A DNA stretch of 64,000 nucleotides, from the NCBI GenBank assembly GCA_028867035.1, contig JAGWHB010000006.1, positions 23,918 through 87,917 on the forward strand, given 5' to 3'. The notes below the pieces were generated by a model. It made no database searches, was not told the origin of the DNA, and was given only the letters and a program-made list of their open reading frames with translations. This DNA comes from Nitrososphaerota archaeon (GTDB taxonomy: Archaea > Thermoproteota > Nitrososphaeria > Nitrososphaerales > Gagatemarchaeaceae). This document shows positions 1 to 9,765 of the stretch, in pieces; the first letter of the stretch is position 1; each line of letters begins with the position of its first letter. A program made the translations under genes and the position numbers.

Positions 1-1803
1 GCATGGTATGTGGAAGCCGACTTCACCTTCGGTCGGCTCTGCGGCCCTGAGGGCCAGTCCGCTCAGCTTATGCTCTATGAACTCGAAGAACGGGTGGCTG
101 TGTTCGGCCACTCTCTTCGCCTCCTCCCCCGGCGCCAGCTTCAGGTACTCGTCCCTGAGCATGTGCGCAGCGGTCGGCTCCGTCGCAACGACTTCGTAAC
201 CTTCCTCCACGTATTTCGACAGGACCCTCAGGTTGTCCCGCGCGACCCTCGCCGCCTTCCTGACCTCGCCATACGAGATGTACGGCATGCCGCTCCACTT
301 CAGGTTAGGGACTTCGACCTTGTACCCAAGGGTTGCGAGCATCCGGACGGCCTTGACGCCCATGTCCGGGTCGTTGTAATCGGCGTAGATGTCGGGGAAG
401 TAGACGACCTTCCCTGCCCTTCCGTCGCCCATCCCGACTCCTCGCAACCTCCGTCTCAACCTCCGCCTGGAGAACGAGGGCAGCGTCCTCCTCCTGTCGA
501 CCCCGACGAGCTTCTCCATGAGGTACCTGCTGGGTCCGAGCCCTATCAGCCAGTTCGACAAAGGCGCCGTGGCGCTCGCGACCCTGGCAAGCGTCTCCGA
601 CCCCGCGAAGAACCTGTTCACCAAAGTCTGGCCGCCCAAGTCGACCCGCTCCTGCTTGACCTTGGCAATCATCATCGGCATATCGATGTCGACGGGGCAG
701 ATCTCCTTGCAGAGGCCGCAGGAGATGCAGAGGTCGGCGTAGGATGCCCTGTCGAGCCCGTGAACGTTCGACGTCCAGGGGATGCCAATGGGCCCCGGGT
801 ATATGTAACCAAATGTGTGCCCGCCGACAACAGAGTAGGTAGGGCAGATGTTCATGCAGGCACCGCACCGGATGCAATTCAGGGCGTCGGAGAACCACTC
901 GTCTTCCCTCATCTTCGACCTGCCGTTGTCTAGTATGATCACATGGAACTCCCTTCCCTCCGCTTCGCCCCCCAGAGGCGAGCGGGCCGAGAAACCGGAC
1001 ACGTACACCGTCACGTACTGCCCCGTGGCGCTTATCGCGCTGCCGCTGACCACCTTGGCGGCGTCGGCCCAGGAGGGGACTATTTTCTCGACCCCCATGA
1101 GCACCACGTGGACGTCAGGTGCGCCCGAAACAAGCCTCGCATTCCCCTCGTTGGTCTGCACGATCACCGTCCCAGTCTCAGCGATACCAGCGTTGGCGCC
1201 TGTCACCCCTATCTTGGCGGACAGGAAGATTGGCCTCAGGTAAGCCCTGACCTCGTTGAGGATGGCGGCGTGGTCTGCCGGGACTTCTTTCCCCAATCTC
1301 TCAGAAACGAGTTCTGCGACGTCTTTCAAGGACTTGTGGGCCGCCGGCATCACCAAGTGGACGGGTCTTTCATGTGCCATCTGGACGATCAACTCTCCCA
1401 GATCGGTCTCGACGCAGGATACGCCCCTCTTCTGCAGCTCACTGTCGAATTCTATCTCCTCGGAAGTAAGAGACTTTGATTTGATCAGCACCGCGGCCCC
1501 CCGCTCCCTTGCCAGGTCTGCCACGTAGTTGATGGCGTCTGCTCCAGTCCTGGCAAAGAAGACTTTGCCTCCGTTGGCCCTCACCTGTTCTGCGAACCTT
1601 TCAGCGAGGGTCGGGTCTCCGATGGCTGCGACCTTCGTACTCCTCAGGCTCTGTTTCATCTGGTGGACGTCGATGTGGAATCTCTGAATCGCATCTGACC
1701 TGTTCTTCCTTGCTCTGGTGGTGGAGGTCCACATCTTCTCGGCCAGCCCTTCTGTGGCGAGCGCCTCCCTGATCTTTTCCCGGAGCTGTTTGTTGGTGCT
1801 CAT
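1..1803 (-). CDS. lutB: LutB-type Fe-S lactate-utilisation protein (LUD domain + two 4Fe-4S motifs) with a C-terminal LutA/GlcF-like CCG-domain extension; 3' end lies outside the window
   Basis: Absent from the ORF track because no stop lies in the window. My translation of the minus strand from ATG 1803 (ATGA overlap with the upstream stop at 1800-1802) is stop-free to nt 1 (601 codons): MSTNKQLREK..KSKSLTSEEIEF..ETDLGELIVQ..GANAGIAETGT..TNEGN..HVIILDNGRS..CIRCGACMNICP..CISCGLCKEICP..GKVVYFPDIYADYNDP..EPTAAHMLRDEY..FHIPC. Confidence 0.85.
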   Translation of the reverse strand, partial: MSTNKQLREKIREALATEGLAEKMWTSTTRARKNRSDAIQRFHIDVHQMKQSLRSTKVAAIGDPTLAERFAEQVRANGGKVFFARTGADAINYVADLARERGAAVLIKSKSLTSEEIEFDSELQKRGVSCVETDLGELIVQMAHERPVHLVMPAAHKSLKDVAELVSERLGKEVPADHAAILNEVRAYLRPIFLSAKIGVTGANAGIAETGTVIVQTNEGNARLVSGAPDVHVVLMGVEKIVPSWADAAKVVSGSAISATGQYVTVYVSGFSARSPLGGEAEGREFHVIILDNGRSKMREDEWFSDALNCIRCGACMNICPTYSVVGGHTFGYIYPGPIGIPWTSNVHGLDRASYADLCISCGLCKEICPVDIDMPMMIAKVKQERVDLGGQTLVNRFFAGSETLARVASATAPLSNWLIGLGPSRYLMEKLVGVDRRRTLPSFSRRRLRRRLRGVGMGDGRAGKVVYFPDIYADYNDPDMGVKAVRMLATLGYKVEVPNLKWSGMPYISYGEVRKAARVARDNLRVLSKYVEEGYEVVATEPTAAHMLRDEYLKLAPGEEAKRVAEHSHPFFEFIEHKLSGLALRAAEPTEGEVGFHIPC

Positions 1804-2447
1804 ATCCATCCCAGAACTATGACCAGCATCGTGTGTGGCCCGTGCACGCCATAGAGGAGCCTGCTTTCGATGTCCGCTGTCTTGCTCGGTCCGGCGATGA
1901 AGGAAACGATGGGTTTCGGGTTCGGGCTGGAGGAGACAATCCTCCCCGCCTCGAGCATCCCTGCCGCCAGGTCGGGGAGGAGGCCCTTCTCGGAAAGTAG
2001 TGCCACATGCATCATCGGGAGGCTGGACGCCAGTTTGATAGCGTCGTCCCAGGTGACCTCGAGGAGGGCCCCTTCCTTCACCAGGCCATTCGCCGCCCAG
2101 GTGACCCCGATATCCGCACCTGAGACTGCCTCCTTGGCATCCTCTCCGCTCAGCCTCTCGGCGTCCACCACCTTGACTCCGTCCAGAGCGGACAGGACTA
2201 AGCTCCTGACAGGGCCTGGAAGGCCGGCGACGACCACGGATGAGGCTCTGCTTCTGTTCACGGCTCCCGTCACGATAGCCACTGTTTCTTCCTTCGTAGC
2301 CGCGAAAGACATCTCTGCGTTCAACCCCTTCAGCGCTTGGGCGAACGATTCGACGGCCGACAATCCTCGTCCTTCCCTCAACACCTTTGTTTTCCCAGGC
2401 ATTGCTATTATTCCTTCGGGGGCAGCCTGTAGCCTTCTTGATGGCAT
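1800..2447 (-). CDS. lutC: LUD-domain protein, LutC/YkgG-like lactate utilisation subunit
   Basis: 215-aa ORF. Its stop overlaps the lutB start (ATGA). LUD-like pattern (GADIGVTWAANGLVKEGALLE, SFIAGPSKTADIE). The start may be the internal ATG at 2402 (MPGKTKVL..). Confidence 0.7.
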   Translation of the reverse strand: MPSRRLQAAPEGIIAMPGKTKVLREGRGLSAVESFAQALKGLNAEMSFAATKEETVAIVTGAVNRSRASSVVVAGLPGPVRSLVLSALDGVKVVDAERLSGEDAKEAVSGADIGVTWAANGLVKEGALLEVTWDDAIKLASSLPMMHVALLSEKGLLPDLAAGMLEAGRIVSSSPNPKPIVSFIAGPSKTADIESRLLYGVHGPHTMLVIVLGWI

Positions 2448-2560
2448 TGTTGCGGCGTCACTCTGGCAGGAGCGGGAGGGCTTCTGGAGGCGAGAACCCC
2501 GGCTACACGAGCGAAGAGTCTATAGTCACCGCCGCTGTGGCGCGTTAGGAGTGCAGCGGG

Positions 2561-3433
2561 TTGAAACTCTGCAGCTTCCGGTCGGGGGCCCGAGATGTGA
2601 TAGGAGTACTCGAAGGTGGCGAGCTCTTCGACCTGACTTCCATCGGCGCAAAGCTATTCACAGACTGGGAAACCGCCTACACCGGAACCGGTTCGCTCCC
2701 GCGGCTGCTCTCAACCATCCGGCGCTCGATGAAGAACGCCAAGACGCTGAAGTTTAGATATAGCTACCTGCACACCCCCATCGTCCCCGTTGAGATATGG
2801 GCCGCGGGCGTGACCTATCTGCGCAGCAGGGAGGCGAGGGAGACGGAGACGAAGACCAAGGGGTTGTACGACTACGTCTACAGCGCAGAAAGACCCGAGC
2901 TGTTCGTCAAGGACAGCGGGCTCCGGTGTGTGGGGCCGAGCGATTCGGTCTGCGTGAGGAGCGACAGCAGGTGGTCAGTGCCAGAGCCAGAACTCTCCGT
3001 CGTCCTCGACCACAAATTCAGAATAGTGGGGTACACCGTCGGGAACGACGTATCCTCGCGGGACATTGAAGGCGAGAACCCCCTCTACCTTCCACAGGCG
3101 AAAGTATACCGAGGTTCCTCGGCCATAGGCCCCGTCGTGGCCACCTCCGATGAAGTCTCCGACCCCCATTCTCTCGGGATCGAAATGCGAATCGTCAGGT
3201 CAGGGGCCACGGCGTTTGAGGGGAGGGTGAACACCTCTCAGATGAAGAGGAGGGTGGAGGACCTGGTGGCTTACCTCAAGCGGAACAACGTCATAGGGAC
3301 GTTCACAGTTCTCATGACTGGGACTTCTATCGTCCCCCCAGACAATTTCACACTCCGGGGCGGGGACGTCGTCGAGATAGAAATCGAGAAGGTCGGGCTG
3401 CTCAGGAATCCCGTCAGACAGCTCCATCAGTAA
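2561..3433 (+). CDS. kdaD: FAH-family protein resembling 2-keto-3-deoxy-D-arabinonate dehydratase (KdaD)
   Basis: 290 aa, TTG start. FAH motifs: RPELFVK, VPEPELSVVLD, GNDVSSRD, ENPLYLPQAK, MTGTSIVPP. Length and motif order match my recollection of Sulfolobus solfataricus KdaD. Converges on an ALDH gene, as KdaD does on DopDH. Confidence 0.7.
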   Translation: MKLCSFRSGARDVIGVLEGGELFDLTSIGAKLFTDWETAYTGTGSLPRLLSTIRRSMKNAKTLKFRYSYLHTPIVPVEIWAAGVTYLRSREARETETKTKGLYDYVYSAERPELFVKDSGLRCVGPSDSVCVRSDSRWSVPEPELSVVLDHKFRIVGYTVGNDVSSRDIEGENPLYLPQAKVYRGSSAIGPVVATSDEVSDPHSLGIEMRIVRSGATAFEGRVNTSQMKRRVEDLVAYLKRNNVIGTFTVLMTGTSIVPPDNFTLRGGDVVEIEIEKVGLLRNPVRQLHQ

Positions 3434-4863
3434 CTGATGTAGACAGTCTTCTCCCGCGTATAGAATTCGAGCCCCTCCTCTCCCATCTCCTTCCAGGTCC
3501 CCGCTCCCGACCTCTTGAAACCGCCGAAAGGGGCCTGAAGCTCCAGCCCCACTGTCGGTTTGTTCACCTTGATCACTCCTGCCTGAACCCCGTCGATGAA
3601 CTGGTTGATGTTATGGAAGTCCCTGGAAACGATGCCAGCTGTGTGACCGTATTCAACGGAATTGACCAGCTCTATGGCCCTGTCAAGCGAGTCGGCCGAG
3701 GTTATCGACAGGATGGGACCGAATATCTCCTCGTCGAAGATCTTCATTCCAGGGGAGGTGGCGTCGAACACAGTCGGCTCGAGGTACAGACCCGTCGAGG
3801 GCCCTGATCCTCCGTGCAGGAGCTTGGCACCCTCTTCCCTCCCTGCCTCGACGTATTCCAGGTCCTTTTGATACTGCTCCGCATCGACAACGGGGCCCAT
3901 GTTGACCCCCGGCTGGTTCCCCGGTCCCACCCTCCAGGTCTTCAGCCTCTCCAGCAGGCGCTCCTTCAAAGCGCCTTCCACCTTTGAATGGACTATCAGT
4001 CTGCTCGTGGCAGTGCAGGACTGCCCAGTCAGTCCGAAGGCCCCACGGACCGCCAGGTCCGCCGCGAGGGGGAGGTCCGCCTCGGAATCCACGTACATGG
4101 CATTCTTTCCACCTAACTCCAGCTGGGTCCTCGTCATCGACTCCTTCGAACCCATCAGCCCGTATACGTGCACCCCCACCGAGGTCGACCCGGTCAGGGA
4201 GAGTGCCGTCACGTCCTTGTGGGACACAATGGTGTCCCCCACCTCGCTTCCGCGCCCCACGACCAGGTTTACCGCGCCATGCGGGAGGCCTCCCCTTTCG
4301 AGCGCCTCTAGCATCTTGGCCGCCACCAGGGGGGTCTTCGTTGCGGGCTTGAGTACGACCGTGTTCCCTGCCGCCAGGGCAGGGGCCAACTTCCAGGCGG
4401 GAATCGACGAGGGAAAGTTCCACGGGGTTATCGCCGCCACGACGCCAATAGGTTCTCTGATGGTCATTATCCTCGTGCTGGGGTCTGAGGAAGGCAGGGT
4501 CACACCGCCATACTTGTACGCCATGGCCCCATAGAACTTGAAAAGCGCACAGCTCCTCGACACCTCGGCTCGGCTCTCGGGGAGGGTCTTTCCCTCTTCC
4601 AGCGTCATCAGCTCCGACAACTCCCCCGCCGTCGATTCCATGATTTCTCCTCCTTTCAGCAAGATAGCGCCCCGCTTGGGAGCAGGAGTCGACGACCACT
4701 CGTCGAACTTGGACAAGGCGGCCTCCACGGCTGCTTCGGCGTCCTGCCTGGTGAGGAGCGTGAACTTCGCCAGCACGTGGGACGGGTCCGACGGATCCAG
4801 GTCTTCCAGTTGCTCTCCGCTCCCCCTGATCCATCTGTCGGCGAGGTCCTGGAAGTTAGCCAT
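3427..4863 (-). CDS. NAD(P)+-dependent aldehyde dehydrogenase (candidate 2,5-dioxopentanoate / lactaldehyde dehydrogenase)
   Basis: 478 aa. ALDH catalytic motifs ELGGKNA (Glu) and GQSCTATSRLIV (Cys), plus ITPWNFP. 7-nt 3' overlap with the FAH gene. Confidence 0.9.
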   Translation of the reverse strand: MANFQDLADRWIRGSGEQLEDLDPSDPSHVLAKFTLLTRQDAEAAVEAALSKFDEWSSTPAPKRGAILLKGGEIMESTAGELSELMTLEEGKTLPESRAEVSRSCALFKFYGAMAYKYGGVTLPSSDPSTRIMTIREPIGVVAAITPWNFPSSIPAWKLAPALAAGNTVVLKPATKTPLVAAKMLEALERGGLPHGAVNLVVGRGSEVGDTIVSHKDVTALSLTGSTSVGVHVYGLMGSKESMTRTQLELGGKNAMYVDSEADLPLAADLAVRGAFGLTGQSCTATSRLIVHSKVEGALKERLLERLKTWRVGPGNQPGVNMGPVVDAEQYQKDLEYVEAGREEGAKLLHGGSGPSTGLYLEPTVFDATSPGMKIFDEEIFGPILSITSADSLDRAIELVNSVEYGHTAGIVSRDFHNINQFIDGVQAGVIKVNKPTVGLELQAPFGGFKRSGAGTWKEMGEEGLEFYTREKTVYISY

Positions 4864-4961
4864 GGTAATTCACGCGCCATCGAGTATATTTTTGGATTGC
4901 GCGAAAGTGGGTTGTCGGGGTGTGAATGCTTTAATCATCCGGGGTCGGCTTCGGTCAGAGG

Positions 4962-5945
4962 ATGGGTAACTACCTCGTAACCGGGGGGACGGGTCAGATC
5001 GGGACCTTTCTCTGCGAGGAGCTGGTAAACGGCGGCCACAATGTCGTTTGTTACGATTTCAAGCCCAACATGGACAACATCAGTCGGATACCGAAGCGTC
5101 TGACTGTCGAAGCTGCCGACGTGACAGACACAAGCGACCTCCTTCAGGTGATCAGGAAGAACTCGATAGACCACATCGTCCACCTCGCCGCACTCGTGCT
5201 CCTTGACTCGATGAAACACCCCGCCAAGGCGTATCAGGTGAACATAATCGGGACCAACAACGTCATGGAGGCAGCAAGACTCCTTGACGTTAAGAAGGTC
5301 GTCTTCGCGAGTTCTGTGTCTGTCTATGGGGCCCTGAAGCCGAAGCGGGAAGGCATAGCAGACGAGGACGACATCCCAAATCCGCCTTCAGACCCCTACT
5401 CAACGTCCAAGATCGCGGATGAGCTGATGGGCAAGTACTACCGCGAAGCCTATGGTATGGACATCAATTGCATGAGGATAACGGCCGCCTGGGGGCCGGG
5501 CAGGTACTGGGGTTACACTGGGCGGTTCAACGACTTTGTGAGGATGGCCTCACTTGGAGAGGACGCCGTTTTCCCGGCCGATTTTGCCTACAAGGGGGAG
5601 AAGCTGAGGTGGATGTACGTGAGGGACGTCGGCTACTGTTTTTCCTACGTCTCGGAGCTTCCCCGCACGAAGGGCTACCTCTACAACCTGGGGTTAGATT
5701 CGCCATTCAACCACAGGGACGTCACCGAAGCTCTCCGGGACATCCTGCCTGAAGGGCGCCTTGAATTGAAAGAGTTGGATGAGCCAACCAAGATGTCGTC
5801 CACTGTGGCTGGCCCGAACGGACTGGATGTCGATTGCACGAGGTTGTATGACGAGCTCGGATTCAGGCCAAGGTTCGATCTGCGGCGGGCCCTCAGAGAC
5901 ATGGTGGAGTTCGAAAGAAGGAAGGCTGGGCTCCCCCCCATTTGA
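4962..5945 (+). CDS. NAD-dependent epimerase/dehydratase family (extended SDR) protein
   Basis: 327 aa. N-terminal Rossmann motif VTGGTGQIG and catalytic YSTSK (YxxxK). Confidence 0.85.
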   Translation: MGNYLVTGGTGQIGTFLCEELVNGGHNVVCYDFKPNMDNISRIPKRLTVEAADVTDTSDLLQVIRKNSIDHIVHLAALVLLDSMKHPAKAYQVNIIGTNNVMEAARLLDVKKVVFASSVSVYGALKPKREGIADEDDIPNPPSDPYSTSKIADELMGKYYREAYGMDINCMRITAAWGPGRYWGYTGRFNDFVRMASLGEDAVFPADFAYKGEKLRWMYVRDVGYCFSYVSELPRTKGYLYNLGLDSPFNHRDVTEALRDILPEGRLELKELDEPTKMSSTVAGPNGLDVDCTRLYDELGFRPRFDLRRALRDMVEFERRKAGLPPI

Positions 5946-5951
5946 CTGGCT

Positions 5952-6836
5952 TCAGGTCACTGCGATAGGGTGGACAGGAGAGCCGGTACCACCCCTGATC
6001 TTCAGCGGGGCGCAGACGAAGAGGAATTCATAGGCTCTTGCCGAGGCTAGTTCGCCCAGTTTCATGTTCTCTATCAAGTGGACCCCGTTCTTCGTTATCA
6101 GTATCTGGTGGACGACTCCGTCCTCCGATGGGTTTTCGTTGGGCTCGACTTCGACGCTCTGGGTGTCACTCCCGACTGCGACCACCCCCTCGCCCGCAAG
6201 CCAATTTGCAGCCTGGACCCCAATTCCAGGCATTGACGAAAGGTACCTCTGATTGTCGGTCTTCCAGAAACGCTCCCATCCGGTGTACAACAGGATGGTG
6301 TCCCCCTTCTTCACCGAGACCCCCTCCTTGGCTAGAACCCTGCGGATGTCTGCCACAGCGATCACCTCCCTTTTGTCGTAGGCGTGATCCAACGTCATGT
6401 CGCACAGCACCCCCCGGGAAACCAACGGTGGCATTGTTTCTATGCCGAGTTTCCTGGTTCCACGGGCTGTCGTTGTCTCTCTCGTATCGATGCCGTTATA
6501 GAACTCGTTACCTATGGCCGCATGGTTCAGCCCGTCGATGTGGGTGCCAGTGTGGTCGGACATCTCCATCCTCAGGTTCGTGAATGTGATTCTGTTGGTG
6601 TTCGGAAAGGAGCGCGAGAAGTACTCCAGCATCTCTGGTGCGCTTCGGTAGGTCGAATAGACGAAGTCCTGGTGGAACCAGTTCACTGGCATCCCATCCT
6701 CCAGCATGTGGGCGAGACTGAAGATCCGTCCGCTCTGGACGAGCTTCAAAGCCTCCAGGACGACCTTCGGTGTCACGAAATTCATGGCCCCGACCTCGTC
6801 GTCTTTGCCAAACTTGCTCGGTTTCGTGCCCTTCAC
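5952..6836 (-). CDS. Cyclase-family (kynurenine formamidase-like) metal-dependent hydrolase
   Basis: 294 aa. HTGTHIDGLNH matches the HxGTHxDxxxH signature of the putative cyclase family. Confidence 0.75.
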   Translation of the reverse strand: MKGTKPSKFGKDDEVGAMNFVTPKVVLEALKLVQSGRIFSLAHMLEDGMPVNWFHQDFVYSTYRSAPEMLEYFSRSFPNTNRITFTNLRMEMSDHTGTHIDGLNHAAIGNEFYNGIDTRETTTARGTRKLGIETMPPLVSRGVLCDMTLDHAYDKREVIAVADIRRVLAKEGVSVKKGDTILLYTGWERFWKTDNQRYLSSMPGIGVQAANWLAGEGVVAVGSDTQSVEVEPNENPSEDGVVHQILITKNGVHLIENMKLGELASARAYEFLFVCAPLKIRGGTGSPVHPIAVT

Positions 6837-6925
6837 TTTGAACCCAGGCGATATAAGCGAGCCTGCTGCCCCAGAAACAGAATTCTCCGAACCCTTATAA
6901 AATTCAGGGTGACCGTCGAAGTCTC

Positions 6926-8014
6926 TTGGTAAGAGTAGTCCTTGAGAACATTGAGAAATCCTTCGGGGCCCTCAAGATAATCGACAGGCTGAGCCTTCAG
7001 GTAGGCGACAGGGAATTCCTCACCCTTCTGGGGCCTTCAGGGTGCGGGAAGACGACCACGCTCAGGTGCATAGCCGGCCTTGAGGACGTGGACGAAGGCA
7101 AGATAATCATAGACGACCGGGTGGTAAACCACATTCCCCCCCAGGAGCGGGACATAGCCATGGTCTTCCAGAACTATGCCCTCTACCCGTTCATGAGCGT
7201 GAAGGACAACATCACCTTCCCTCTTCGCCTTCACAAGACCCCAAAGGACATGGTTGAGCGCAAGCTGAAGGGGGTGGCCGAACTCCTGCACATATCGAGC
7301 CTGTTGTCCAGGAAGCCCAAGCAGCTCAGCGGGGGGGAACAGCAGAGGGTCGCCATCGGAAGGGCGCTGATCCGCGACCCGAAGCTCTTCCTCATGGACG
7401 AACCCTTCTCGAATCTGGACGCCAAGCTGAGGGTGCAGACTCGGTCAGAAATCAAGAGGCTACAGAGGGAGCTCGGGATAACGACGATATTCGTGACCCA
7501 CGACCAGGCAGAGGCCATGGCGCTGGCCGACCGGATAGCCGTGATGGACAAAGGGGTACTGCAGCAGGTCGGGAATCCGGACCAGGTCTACAACGCCCCC
7601 GTGAACGTCATGGTAGCCCAGTTCATGGGGTCCCCCCCGATGAACGTGCTCGGTGGCAGGGTTTTGAGGCCGGACAGGGTGGAACTGAAGGACGGAGAGA
7701 TGGGCGGGGCGACCATGGCAAGGGACGAAGTTTCCCGAGCGGCCGCTTCCGCCTCCGGAGACAACGTCAAGGTAGGCTTCAGGCCGGAAGATGCGACATT
7801 TCTGGTCGGCGGGACGGACGGAATCCCGGCCGAAGTGTATGTGGAGGAGCCCTCTGGGACACACGTACTTCTCACCCTCAAGGCGGGGGAGAACCTGGTG
7901 AAGGTCGTGATGCCTGCTGGCTACAGGGCAGGGATCGGAGCGAAGGGGGGCATCTCTGTTGCCAAGGGGAAGCTCCACGTCTTCGACGCCCAGTCTGAGA
8001 ATAGGATCAGCTAG
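6926..8014 (+). CDS. Sugar ABC transporter ATP-binding protein (MalK/UgpC-like)
   Basis: 362 aa, TTG start. Walker A GPSGCGKTT, signature LSGGEQQRV, Walker B LFLMDEP, and a C-terminal MalK-type regulatory domain. Confidence 0.92.
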   Translation: MVRVVLENIEKSFGALKIIDRLSLQVGDREFLTLLGPSGCGKTTTLRCIAGLEDVDEGKIIIDDRVVNHIPPQERDIAMVFQNYALYPFMSVKDNITFPLRLHKTPKDMVERKLKGVAELLHISSLLSRKPKQLSGGEQQRVAIGRALIRDPKLFLMDEPFSNLDAKLRVQTRSEIKRLQRELGITTIFVTHDQAEAMALADRIAVMDKGVLQQVGNPDQVYNAPVNVMVAQFMGSPPMNVLGGRVLRPDRVELKDGEMGGATMARDEVSRAAASASGDNVKVGFRPEDATFLVGGTDGIPAEVYVEEPSGTHVLLTLKAGENLVKVVMPAGYRAGIGAKGGISVAKGKLHVFDAQSENRIS

Positions 8015-8020
8015 GACGAG

Positions 8021-8854
8021 TCAGCCTCTTACGGCACCCAACCCGAGCCCGGCCTCGATGTACTTCTCCAAGGCGAGGAAGAGACCGATCATCAAGGCTA
8101 TCGTTACCGCCGACCCTGAAAGCTGGATTGCGTACTGCAGGTTCGGGAAAGTGCTCCCATTGATTAGAACGCTGGCAAGGCCCTGAGGTAGCATGTAGAG
8201 CGAGGCGTCCCGGAGGACGAAGAGCGGGAGCAGATAGTTATTCCAAGTCCCGGCGAATATGATTATGAATATGGTCACCAGGGCGGGCCTGAAGTACCTG
8301 AGGGCGACCGAGGTAAAGACCTTCCATTCCGAGGCCCCGTCGAGTCTGGCCGCGTCCAGGACGTCTTTGGGAATCGTCTCCTGGGCGTAGATTGTCATGA
8401 AGTAGGCCCCGAAAGCGCTGACAGCCGACGGGAAGACGACTCCCTGGTAGGTGTTCGCGAGGCCGAGCTGCTGCTCCAGCACGAAGGTGGGGAAGGCTAT
8501 GGCCGTGCTGGGGATCATCAGGCCTATGGCGATAACGAGTGTGAGCAAATGCCTGCCCCTGAAGCTGTATTTGCCGAGTGCGAACCCAGCCATGGCGGCC
8601 ACGAACGCGCCAATGACCCCCGCGGCCCCTGACTCAATCAGGCTGTTGGCGAGCCAGAGGAGGAGGCTGGACTGCGTGAATGCGTACTCGAAGTTGAACA
8701 GGGTCGGTCCGTTGAACCAAAGCGGGTTTCCCGAGAACGCCACGCCGTAGAGTTTGGTGCTGGCTATGAACACCCACCAGACAGGGAGAAGGAAGTAGAT
8801 CGCAAGGGCGGCCATCAGGACGACTGTGATCGTGTTTGAGAATGGTCTTTTCAT
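8021..8854 (-). CDS. Carbohydrate ABC transporter permease (MalG-like)
   Basis: 277 aa, multi-TM. EAA-loop-like DAARLDGASEWKVF. Confidence 0.88.
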   Translation of the reverse strand: MKRPFSNTITVVLMAALAIYFLLPVWWVFIASTKLYGVAFSGNPLWFNGPTLFNFEYAFTQSSLLLWLANSLIESGAAGVIGAFVAAMAGFALGKYSFRGRHLLTLVIAIGLMIPSTAIAFPTFVLEQQLGLANTYQGVVFPSAVSAFGAYFMTIYAQETIPKDVLDAARLDGASEWKVFTSVALRYFRPALVTIFIIIFAGTWNNYLLPLFVLRDASLYMLPQGLASVLINGSTFPNLQYAIQLSGSAVTIALMIGLFLALEKYIEAGLGLGAVRG

Positions 8855-8855
8855 T

Positions 8856-9710
8856 TCAACTCTCAGTCCAGAAGTAACGGACGCCTATCCCGGCGACGAC
8901 AAAAGAGATCCCAATCAGGACGAAGGCTATGGCAGCGGCGTAGTTGAACTCCTGGAGGAAATAGGTCACGTGAAAAATGTACAGGTTGGGGGTGAACCCG
9001 AATGGGACGCTGCTCAGGTTGGACAGGGTGAACGGTTCGTTGAAGAGGAGCTGGTCCCCTATGATGGTGAGCATGCTGATGAAGACGAAATACTTCTTCA
9101 ACATGGGAATCTTCACGTGGCGTGTAACCTGCCAGGCATTGGCACCGTCGAGCCTCGCGGCATCATAGAGTGTGCTCGGGATGGCGTTGAGGCCTGCGAG
9201 CAAGATTATGACGTTGTAGCCGACCCACTCCCAGACGATTATGTTTAGCATGGCGTAGATTATCGTGCTGGGGGCGAGCAGATTCGGGCTCAGGCCGAGG
9301 AAAGACAGGAGAGAGTAGACAGGGCCCCCCGCGGTATACATGTACCCCCACATCAGTGTCCCTATCACCGTGGGGACGCCGTAGGGCAGGAAGACGATTA
9401 TCTTCCCCAGGGCCCCCAGCCTTCCCCTCCTCGAGTCTAGGAAGAGCGCGATGAAGAACGAAAGCACAAGCATGAGCGGGAGCCAGAGCAGGGTAAGGTA
9501 GAGCATACTGCCGTAGCCCTGCCAGAATGTCCCGTCACCAAGTGCCCTGCCATATTGGGAGGTACCTACGTTGTTGGTGAAGAGGCTCGTGGCCGCCGGG
9601 GGCGCATTGAAGAAGGAGAGCCCGAAGGTATAGAGCACAGGCACTATCAGGAAAATTGCAAACAGCGCGAAAAAGGGAAACAGAAAGAGGAGGTGAGTGA
9701 GCTTTGCCAA
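8856..9710 (-). CDS. Carbohydrate ABC transporter permease (MalF-like)
   Basis: 284 aa, multi-TM. EAA-loop-like YDAARLDGANAWQV. 1-nt gap to the downstream permease gene. Confidence 0.88.
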   Translation of the reverse strand: MAKLTHLLFLFPFFALFAIFLIVPVLYTFGLSFFNAPPAATSLFTNNVGTSQYGRALGDGTFWQGYGSMLYLTLLWLPLMLVLSFFIALFLDSRRGRLGALGKIIVFLPYGVPTVIGTLMWGYMYTAGGPVYSLLSFLGLSPNLLAPSTIIYAMLNIIVWEWVGYNVIILLAGLNAIPSTLYDAARLDGANAWQVTRHVKIPMLKKYFVFISMLTIIGDQLLFNEPFTLSNLSSVPFGFTPNLYIFHVTYFLQEFNYAAAIAFVLIGISFVVAGIGVRYFWTES

Positions 9711-9765
9711 GCCCCCTCACTCTTTGCTTCTGCAGTCGGGAATTGTGTTGTCCACGCCGGCCGGC

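Noticed and set aside
10-933. Long ORFs with Arg/Pro/Gly-rich translations. Examples: 10..933+, 305..898-, 3683..4834-, 26001..27128-, 28200..29201-, 34975..36516+, 37281..38186+, 47736..48650-, 47864..48814+, 51782..52579+, 54344..55165+.
   Set aside because: They lie antisense to, or out of frame with, ORFs that have clear family motifs. Their composition (RRPGG-type low complexity) is what shadow frames look like in GC-rich DNA.
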